NCBI GenBank assembly: GCA_051362555.1
Contig: CM120647.1
Span: forward strand, 10,640,651 to 10,704,650
Source: Lingula anatina
Taxonomy: Eukaryota > Animalia > Brachiopoda
Direction: 5' to 3'
DNA length: 64,000 nucleotides
Both the position numbers and the translations under genes were made by a program. This document shows positions 55,695 to 64,000 of the stretch, in pieces. The first letter of the stretch is position 1, and each line of letters starts with the position of its first letter. The notes under the pieces are model-generated. The model worked only from the letters and a program-made list of their open reading frames with translations. It made no database searches and was not told the DNA's origin.

Positions 55695-55850
55695 CGTGAC
55701 TTTGCGTTACCAAGGTTGATGACGCTTTGGATGTGTCATTTGCATCCATGCACGCTACCGACTGCTCCGTGACTGACCCGCCCACCCTCCGTACGTGCGA
55801 GTTTCCTCTTATAGTAATCAATCGCAATTTAAAAAAAAATTAATTCTGGC

Positions 55851-55855
55851 AAAAA
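55851..55855 (-). terminator. Oligo-T Pol III terminator of cassette A (representative copy)
   Basis: T5 about 20 nt after box B, backed up by T9 at 55831-55839. Confidence 0.5.
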
Positions 55856-55874
55856 TATTGTCTCAGCAGCTGCT

Positions 55875-55886
55875 GGGACTCGAACC
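55875..55886 (-). promoter_or_regulatory. Pol III box B of cassette A (representative copy)
   Basis: GGTTCGAGTCCC matches the consensus GGTTCGANTCC. Confidence 0.7.
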
Positions 55887-55926
55887 GGCGTTCGAGCGAC
55901 TGCCTGCATGCAAGCCAGGAGAGTTA

Positions 55927-55937
55927 CCACGCAGCCA
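55927..55937 (-). promoter_or_regulatory. Pol III box A of cassette A (representative copy)
   Basis: TGGCTGCGTGG, one mismatch to TRGCNNARYGG, ~40 nt upstream of box B. Confidence 0.55.
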
Positions 55938-56980
55938 CGACAGCTCCGTTGTGGCGAAGTAATCGGATGGAAACTTTCAACCTCGTCACGGAAGGCGCCA
56001 GATTGGGTGCACATGTGTAGCCCTGCTGTCGCAATCGATAATCCGGGTGCCGCATTTCGGCCCACGCAACCCCAGTCCCCGACATGAACGGTAAAATTCA
56101 TGATGTACACGAAGCCGTGTTTGACAACCCGACTCGGAGCTCGGAGTTTGTTTTATACTAAGATTGATTTTGGCTTTACCCATGATATTAAAGAGTACAG
56201 TGGGATCAGAGGCGGTGCACAACCGACGGGTTTTACTTTTAGCGAGACCATATAGGAGGAGAGAATTAATAAAAAAAATAAAAATACATTCAAGTGTTTA
56301 ATTACTGGCGCAATTGCAGCCTTGGAAAATTTCGCGTAAAAAATATTTGGCAAAGAATTCCGCCGAGGAGATATCGTTTTTCTATCGAACACGGTTAACA
56401 GGTGGTATGACGTGCTGTTATACCGGAAAAGCTACAGAATCGAAACAAGTTGGATCGTATTCATTGATAGGCCTGCTCTGTACATTCCTAGTAATAAAGA
56501 TGACTTCGGATGCTGTTATTTTCATTTGGTTTTGCATTGAGATAACGTTTGGTTTCACCTTTGACGTTGTAGAGCACGATGACGTCCACAGCCGTTCACA
56601 CCTCGGCGGTTTTAGTATTGAGTAGTCTTTACTCTTTCCAGTGTCGACTGCGGACATGCCCCGGGTGGTGTATGAACATATGAACAGTCTTGAGAACCAA
56701 GGGCCCAAGACAGGAAAGGAGGGGCTTAAAAAGACGAAACGGGTGCCTGATAAAAGGAGTGGAGGTGACGCGACTTTTGTATAAAATCAAAAGTTTTCTC
56801 TCTGCTAATCCCAGCAAAAAGATGGCACATTTTGATGGAATGCAAGCCATACGGAGTTAGCTATAGCTCAATTTAAGTTCAAGATCTGTGGCACCAATAT
56901 AATGACTTTTAACTGAAGAGAAAGGAAATATAATTGTCGACGCAGATGTAAACTTTCTAAAGTATACCGTATTATTATGC

Positions 56981-57172
56981 AAAAGGTAATTTGCTAAGTC
57001 CCACGGGCGCCCTCATTCGTTCTCGTCTGGTGGCATCCCGATTCAGGGGCCAGGTCGTTGTCGTGATGGACTGACCTGCCTCATCCGGGACTCGAACCCG
57101 TGACTTTGCGTTACCAAGGTTGATGACGCTTTGGATGTGTCATTTGCATCCATGCACGCTACCGACTGCTCC
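56981..57172 (-). ncRNA. Putative Pol III small RNA 'B', copy 2
   Basis: Same sequence as copy 1. Confidence 0.5.
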
Positions 57173-57254
57173 GTGACTGACCCGCCCACCCTCCGTACGT
57201 GCGAGTTTCCTCTTATAGTAATCAATCGCAATTTAAAAAAAAATTAATTCTGGC

Positions 57255-57351
57255 AAAAATATTGTCTCAGCAGCTGCTGGGACTCGAACCGGCGTTCGAG
57301 CGACTGCCTGCATGCAAGCCAGGAGAGTTACCACGCAGCCACGACAGCTCC
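57255..57351 (-). ncRNA. Putative Pol III small RNA 'A', copy 3
   Basis: Same boxes and terminator as copy 2. Confidence 0.5.
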
Positions 57352-58384
57352 GTTGTGGCGAAGTAATCGGATGGAAACTTTCAACCTCGTCACGGAAGGC
57401 GCCAGATTGGGTGCACATGTGTAGCCCTGCTGTCGCAATCGATAATCCGGGTGCCGCATTTCGGCCCACGCAACCCCAGTCCCCGACATGAACGGTAAAA
57501 TTCATGATGTACACGAAGCCGTGTTTGACAACCCGACTCGGAGCTCGGAGTTTGTTTTATACTAAGATTGATTTTGGCTTTACCCATGATATTAAAGAGT
57601 ACAGTGGGATCAGAGGCGGTGCACAACCGACGGGTTTTACTTTTAGCGAGACCATATAGGAGGAGAGAATTAATAAAAAAAATAAAAATACATTCAAGTG
57701 TTTAATTACTGGCGCAATTGCAGCCTTGGAAAATTTCGCGTAAAAAATATTTGGCAAAGAATTCCGCCGAGGAGATATCGTTTTTCTATCGAACACGGTT
57801 AACAGGTGGTATGACGTGCTGTTATACCGGAAAAGCTACAGAATCGAAACAAGTTGGATCGTATTCATTGATAGGCCTGCTCTGTACATTCCTAGTAATA
57901 AAGATGACTTCGGATGCTGTTATTTTCATTTGGTTTTGCATTGAGATAACGTTTGGTTTCACCTTTGACGTTGTAGAGCACGATGACGTCCACAGCCGTT
58001 CACACCTCGGCGGTTTTAGTATTGAGTAGTCTTTACTCTTTCCAGTGTCGACTGCGGACATGCCCCGGGTGGTGTATGAACATATGAACAGTCTTGAGAA
58101 CCAAGGGCCCAAGACAGGAAAGGAGGGGCTTAAAAAGACGAAACGGGTGCCTGATAAAAGGAGTGGAGGTGACGCGACTTTTGTATAAAATCAAAAGTTT
58201 TCTCTCTGCTAATCCCAGCAAAAAGATGGCACATTTTGATGGAATGTAAGCCATACGGAGTTAGCTATAGCTCAATTTAAGTTCAAGATCTGTGGCACCA
58301 ATATAATGACTTTTAACTGAAGAGAAAGGAAATATAATTGTCGACGCAGATGTAAACTTTCTAAAGTATACCGTATTATTATGC

Positions 58385-58576
58385 AAAAGGTAATTTGCTA
58401 AGTCCCACGGGCGCCCTCATTCGTTCTCGTCTGGTGGCATCCCGATTCAGGGGCCAGGTCGTTGTCGTGATGGACTGACCTGCCTCATCCGGGACTCGAA
58501 CCCGTGACTTTGCGTTACCAAGGTTGATGACGCTTTGGATGTGTCATTTGCATCCATGCACGCTACCGACTGCTCC
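58385..58576 (-). ncRNA. Putative Pol III small RNA 'B', copy 3
   Basis: Same sequence as copy 1. Confidence 0.5.
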
Positions 58577-58658
58577 GTGACTGACCCGCCCACCCTCCGT
58601 ACGTGCGAGTTTCCTCTTATAGTAATCAATCGCAATTTTAAAAAAAAGTAATTCTGGC

Positions 58659-58755
58659 AAAAATATTGTCTCAGCAGCTGCTGGGACTCGAACCGGCGTT
58701 CGAGCGACTGCCTGCATGCAAGCCAGGAGAGTTACCACGCAGCCACGACAGCTCC
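58659..58755 (-). ncRNA. Putative Pol III small RNA 'A', copy 4
   Basis: Same boxes and terminator as copy 2. Confidence 0.5.
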
Positions 58756-59791
58756 GTTGTGGCGAAGTAATCGGATGGAAACTTTCAACCTCGTCACGGA
58801 AGGCGCCAGATTGGGTGCACATGTGTAGCCCTGCTGTCGCAATCGATAATCCGGGTGCCGCATTTCGGCCCACGCAACCCCAGTCCCCGACATGAACGGT
58901 AAAATTCATGATGTACACGAAGCCGTGTTTGACAACCCGACTCGGAGCTCGGAGTTTGTTTTATACTAAGATTGATTTTGGCTTTACCCATGATATTAAA
59001 GAGTACAGTGGGATCAGAGGCGGTGCACAACCGACGGGTTTTACTTTTAGCGAGACCATATAGGAGGAGAGAATTAATAAAAAAAAAAATAAAAATACAT
59101 TCAAGTGTTTAATTACTGGCGCGATTGCAGCCTTGGAAAATTTCGCGTAAAACATATTTGGCAAAGAATTCCGCCGAGGAGATATCGTTTTTCTATCGAA
59201 CACGGTTAACAGGTGGTATGACGTGCTGTTATACCGGAAAAGCTACAGAATCGAAACAAGTTGGATCGTATTCATTGATAGGCCTGCTCTGTACATTCCT
59301 AGTAATAAAGATGACTTCGGATGCTGTTATTTTCATTTGGTTTTGCATTGAGATAACGTTTGGTTTCACCTTTGACGTTGTAGAGCACGATGACGTCCAC
59401 AGCCGTTCACACCTCGGCGGTTTTAGTATTGAGTAGTCTTTACTCTTTCCAGTGTCGACTGCGGACATGCCCCGGGTAGTGTATGAACATATGAACAGTC
59501 TTGAGAACCAAGGGCCCAAGACAGGAAAGGAGGGGCTTAAAAAGACGAAACGGGTGCCTGATAAAAGGAGTGGAGGTGACGCGACTTTTGTATAAAATCA
59601 AAAGTTTTCTCTCTGCTAATCCCAGCAAAAAGATGGCACATTTTGATGGAATGCAAGCCATACGGAGTTAGCTATAGCTCAATTTAAGTTCAAGATCTGT
59701 GGCACCAATATAATGACTTTTAACTGAAGAGAAAAGAAATATAATTGTCGACGCAGATGTAAACTTTCTAAAGTATACCGTATTATTATGC

Positions 59792-59983
59792 AAAAGGTAA
59801 TTTGCTAAGTCCCACGGGCGCCCTCATTCGTTCTCGTCTGGTGGCATCCCGATTCAGGGGCCAGGTCGTTGTCGTGATGGACTGACCTGCCTCATCCGGG
59901 ACTCGAACCCGTGACTTTGCGTTACCAAGGTTGATGACGCTTTGGATGTGTCATTTGCATCCATGCACGCTACCGACTGCTCC
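59792..59983 (-). ncRNA. Putative Pol III small RNA 'B', copy 4
   Basis: Same sequence as copy 1. Confidence 0.5.
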
Positions 59984-60065
59984 GTGACTGACCCGCCCAC
60001 CCTCCGTACGTGCGAGTTTCCTCTTATAGTAATCAATCGCAATTTAAAAAAAAATTAATTCTGGC

Positions 60066-60162
60066 AAAAATATTGTCTCAGCAGCTGCTGAGACTCGAAC
60101 CGGCGTTCGAGCGACTGCCTGCATGCAAGCCAGGAGAGTTACCACGCAGCCACGACAGCTCC
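60066..60162 (-). ncRNA. Putative Pol III small RNA 'A', copy 5 (box B variant GGTTCGAGTCTC)
   Basis: Same cassette with one box B substitution. Confidence 0.42.
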
Positions 60163-60654
60163 GTTGTGGCGGAGCAATCGGATGGAAACTTTCAACCTCG
60201 TCACCGAAGGCGCCAGATTGGGTGCACATGTGTAGCCCTGCTGTCGCAATCGATAATCCGGGTGCCGCATTTCGGCCCACGCAACCCCAGTCCCCGACAT
60301 GAACGGTAAAATTCATGATGTACACGAAGCCGTGTTTGACAACCCGACTCGGAGCTCGGAGTTTGTTTTATACTAAGATTGATTTTGGCTTTACCCATGA
60401 TAAAAAGACGAAACGGGTGCCTGATAAAAGGAGTGGAGGTGACGCGACTTTTGTATAAAATCAAAAGTTTTCTCTCTGCTAATCCCAGCAAAAAGATGGC
60501 ACATTTTGATGGAATGCAAGTCATACGGAGTTAGCTATAGCTCAATTTAAGTTCAAGATCTGTGGCACCAATACAATGACTTTTAACTGAAGAGAAAAGA
60601 AATATAATTGTCGACGCAGATGTAAACTTTCTAAAGTATACCGTATTATTATGC

Positions 60655-60846
60655 AAAAGGTAATTTGCTAAGTCCCACGGGCGCCCTCATTCGTTCTCGT
60701 CTGGTGGCATCCCGATTCAGGGGCCAGGTCGTTGTCGTGATGGACTGACCTGCCTCATCCGGGACTCGAACCCGTGACTTTGCGTTACCAAGGTTGATGA
60801 CGCTTTGGATGTGTCATTTGCATCCATGCACGCTACCGACTGCTCC
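60655..60846 (-). ncRNA. Putative Pol III small RNA 'B', copy 5
   Basis: Same sequence as copy 1; intact in the deleted unit. Confidence 0.5.
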
Positions 60847-60928
60847 GTGACTGACCCGCCCACCCTCCGTACGTGCGAGTTTCCTCTTATAGTAATCAAT
60901 CGCAATTTAAAAAAAAATTAATTCTGGC

Positions 60929-61025
60929 AAAAATATTGTCACAGTAGCTGCTGGGACTCGAACCGGCGTTCGAGCGACTGCCTGCATGCAAGCCAGGAGA
61001 GTTACCACGCAGCCACGACAGCTCC
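60929..61025 (-). ncRNA. Putative Pol III small RNA 'A', copy 6
   Basis: Same boxes; 3' variant CAGCTACTGTGAC. Confidence 0.5.
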
Positions 61026-62064
61026 GTTGTGGCGAAGTAATCGGATGGAAACTTTCAACCTCGTCACCGAAGGCGCCAGATTGGGTGCACATGTGTAGCC
61101 CTGCTGTCGCAATCGATAATCCGGGTGCCGCATTTCGGCCCACGCAACCCCAGTCCCCGACATGAACGGTAAAATTCATGATGTACACGAAGCCGTGTTT
61201 GACAACCCGACTCGGAGCTCGGAGTTTGTTTTATACTAAGATTGATTTTGGCTTTACCCATGATATTAAAGAGTACAGTGGGATCAGAGGCGGTGCACAA
61301 CCGACGGGTTTTACTTTTAGCGAGACCATATAGGAGGAGAGAATTAATAAAAAAAATAAAAATAAAAATACATTCAAGTGTTTAATTACTGGCGCGATTG
61401 CAGCCTTGGAAAATTTCGCGTAAAACATATTTGGCAAAGAATTCCGCCGAGGAGATATCGTTTTTCTATCGAACACGGTTAACAGGTGGTATGACGTGCT
61501 GTTATACCGGAAAAGCTACAGAATCGAAACAAGTTGGATCGTATTCATTGATAGGCCTGCTCTGTACATTCCTAGTAATAAAGATGACTTCGGATGCTGT
61601 TATTTTCATTTGGTTTTGCATTGAGATAACGTTTGGTTTCACCTTTGACGTTGTAGAGCACGATGACGTCCACAGCCGTTCACACCTCGGCGGTTTTAGT
61701 ATTGAGTAGTCTTTACTCTTTCCAGTGTCGACTGCGGACATGCCCCGGGTAGTGTATGAACATATGAACAGTCTTGAGAACCAAGGGCCCAAGACAGGAA
61801 AGGAGGGGCTTAAAAAGACGAAACGGGTGCCTGATAAAAGGATTGGAGGTGACGCGACTTTTGTATAAAATCAAAAGTTTTCTCTCTGCTAATCCCAGCA
61901 AAAAGATGGCACATTTTGATGGAATGCAAACCATACGGAGTTAGCTATAGCTTAATTTAAGTTCAAGATCTGTGGCACCAATATAATGACTTTTAACTGA
62001 AGAGAAAAGAAATATAATTGTCGACGCAGATGTAAACTTTCTAAAGTATACCGTATTATTATGC

Positions 62065-62256
62065 AAAAGGTAATTTGCTAAGTCCCACGGGCGCCCTCAT
62101 TCGTTCTCGTCTGGTGGCATCCCGATTCAGGGGCCAGGTCGTTGTCGTGATGGACTGACCTGCCTCATCCGGGACTCGAACCCGTGACTTTGCGTTACCA
62201 AGGTTGATGACGCTTTGGATGTGTCATTTGCATCCATGCACGCTACCGACTGCTCC
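62065..62256 (-). ncRNA. Putative Pol III small RNA 'B', copy 6
   Basis: Same sequence as copy 1. Confidence 0.5.
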
Positions 62257-62338
62257 GTGACTGACCCGCCCACCCTCCGTACGTGCGAGTTTCCTCTTAT
62301 AGTAATCAATCGCAATTTAAAAAAAAATTAATTCTGGC

Positions 62339-62435
62339 AAAAATATTGTCACAGTAGCTGCTGGGACTCGAACCGGCGTTCGAGCGACTGCCTGCATGCA
62401 AGCCAGGAGAGTTACCACGCAGCCACGACAGCTCC
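62339..62435 (-). ncRNA. Putative Pol III small RNA 'A', copy 7
   Basis: Same as copy 6. Confidence 0.5.
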
Positions 62436-63474
62436 GTTGTGGCGGAGTAATCGGATGGAAACTTTCAACCTCGTCACCGAAGGCGCCAGATTGGGTGCAC
62501 ATGTGTAGCCCTGCTGTCGCAATCGATAATCCGGGTGCCGCATTTCGGCCCACGCAACCCCAGTCCCCGACATGAACGGTAAAATTCATGATGTACACGA
62601 AGCCGTGTTTGACAACCCGACTCGGAGCTCGGAGTTTGTTTTATACTAAGATTGATTTTGGCTTTACCCATGATATTAAAGAGTACAGTGGGATCAGAGG
62701 CGGTGCACAACCGACGGGTTTTACTTTTAGCGAGACCATATAGGAGGAGAGAATTAATAAAAAAAATAAAAATAAAAATACATTCAAGTGTTTAATTACT
62801 GGCGCGATTGCAGCCTTGGAAAATTTCGCGTAAAACATATTTGGCAAAGAATTCCGCCGAGGAGATATCGTTTTTCTATCGAACACGGTTAACAGGTGGT
62901 ATGACGTGCTGTTATACCGGAAAAGCTACAGAATCGAAACAAGTTGGATCGTATTCATTGATAGGCCTGCTCTGTACATTCCTAGTAATAAAGATGACTT
63001 CGGATGCTGTTATTTTCATTTGGTTTTGCATTGAGATAACGTTTGGTTTCACCTTTGACGTTGTAGAGCACGATGACGTCCACAGCCGTTCACACCTCGG
63101 CGGTTTTAGTATTGAGTAGTCTTTACTCTTTCCAGTGTCGACTGCGGACATGCCCCGGGTAGTGTATGAACATATGAACAGTCTTGAGAACCAAGGGCCC
63201 AAGACAGGAAAGGAGGGGCTTAAAAAGACGAAACGGGTGCCTGATAAAAGGATTGGAGGTGACGCGACTTTTGTATAAAATCAAAAGTTTTCTCTCTGCT
63301 AATCCCAGCAAAAAGATGGCACATTTTGATGGAATGCAAACCATACGGAGTTAGCTATAGCTTAATTTAAGTTCAAGATCTGTGGCACCAATATAATGAC
63401 TTTTAACTGAAGAGAAAAGAAATATAATTGTCGACGCAGATGTAAACTTTCTAAAGTATACCGTATTATTATGC

Positions 63475-63666
63475 AAAAGGTAATTTGCTAAGTCCCACGG
63501 GCGCCCTCATTCGTTCTCGTCTGGTGGCATCCCGATTCAGGGGCCAGGTCGTTGTCGTGATGGACTGACCTGCCTCATCCGGGACTCGAACCCGTGACTT
63601 TGCGTTACCAAGGTTGATGACGCTTTGGATGTGTCATTTGCATCCATGCACGCTACCGACTGCTCC
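63475..63666 (-). ncRNA. Putative Pol III small RNA 'B', copy 7
   Basis: Same sequence as copy 1. Confidence 0.5.
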
Positions 63667-63748
63667 GTGACTGACCCGCCCACCCTCCGTACGTGCGAGT
63701 TTCCTCTTATAGTAATCAATCGCAATTTAAAAAAAAATTAATTCTGGC

Positions 63749-63845
63749 AAAAATATTGTCACAGTAGCTGCTGGGACTCGAACCGGCGTTCGAGCGACTG
63801 CCTGCATGCAAGCCAGGAGAGTTACCACGCAGCCACGACAGCTCC
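63749..63845 (-). ncRNA. Putative Pol III small RNA 'A', copy 8
   Basis: Same as copy 6. Confidence 0.5.
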
Positions 63846-64000
63846 GTTGTGGCGGAGTAATCGGATGGAAACTTTCAACCTCGTCACCGAAGGCGCCAGA
63901 TTGGGTGCACATGTGTAGCCCTGCTGTCGCAATCGATAATCCGGGTGCCGCATTTCGGCCCACGCAACCCCAGTCCCCGACATGAACGGTAAAATTCATG

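Larger units (their letters stand above)
55577..55768 (-). ncRNA. Putative Pol III small RNA 'B', copy 1 (5' end could extend to ~55785)
   Basis: Box A-like TAGCGTGCATGG (55746-55757), box B GGTTCGAGTCCC (55683-55694) in a CGGG-TTCGAGT-CCCG T-arm hairpin, first TTTT at 55577-55580. Confidence 0.5.
55851..55947 (-). ncRNA. Putative Pol III small RNA 'A', copy 2 (vault-RNA-like or tRNA-Ala-derived)
   Basis: Minus strand GGAGCTGTCG-TGGCTGCGTGG-TAACTCTCCTGGCTTGCATGCAGG...CC-GGTTCGAGTCCC-AGCAGCT...ATATTTTT; the 5' and 3' ends can pair. Confidence 0.5.
54378..64000. repeat. ~1.4-kb tandem array (unit starts 54378, 55779, 57183, 58587, 59994, 60857, 62267, 63677)
   Basis: Unit lengths are 1401, 1404, 1404, 1407, 863 (deleted), 1410 and 1410, then a partial unit. 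It is more CpG-rich than the 362-bp satellite and unrelated to it. Confidence 0.98.

Noticed and set aside
55725-55750. 7SK similarity (GACACATCCAAA) and octamer ATTTGCAT
   Set aside because: Short matches inside a local hairpin; no other 7SK or snRNA-promoter elements in the right arrangement.
55577-55947. Canonical tRNA genes
   Set aside because: Acceptor and D stems do not pair properly and the spacing is non-canonical; retained only as tRNA-related Pol III cassettes.
54314-63999. Overlapping 62-131 aa ORFs in the 1.4-kb unit
   Set aside because: Short, overlapping on both strands, no recognisable motifs, and several are removed by the unit-5 deletion.

Overview
Eukaryotic (probably invertebrate animal) repeat DNA with no credible protein-coding gene. 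Bases 1-54379 are a highly homogeneous 362-bp satellite of about 145 monomers, with local variant runs, incipient higher-order repeats and a diverged edge subfamily. It is interrupted once, at 1687-3715, by a 2.03-kb non-autonomous foldback DNA transposon. That element has TGT...ACA ends and a 4-bp ACGG (=CCGT) target duplication, which fits Ginger1, and its arms are built from 33-bp and ~185-bp tandem repeats. At ~54378 the satellite directly abuts an unrelated ~1.4-kb tandem array (6 full units, 1 internally deleted unit, 1 partial unit). Each 1.4-kb unit carries two minus-strand cassettes that look like RNA polymerase III genes (box A, an identical box B GGTTCGAGTCCC, oligo-T terminator). 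The two share a homologous 5' motif but differ centrally: a ~97-nt vault-RNA-like or tRNA-Ala-like one and a ~190-210-nt multi-hairpin one. This paired small-RNA array is the best candidate for something undescribed; its expression is inferred, not shown.
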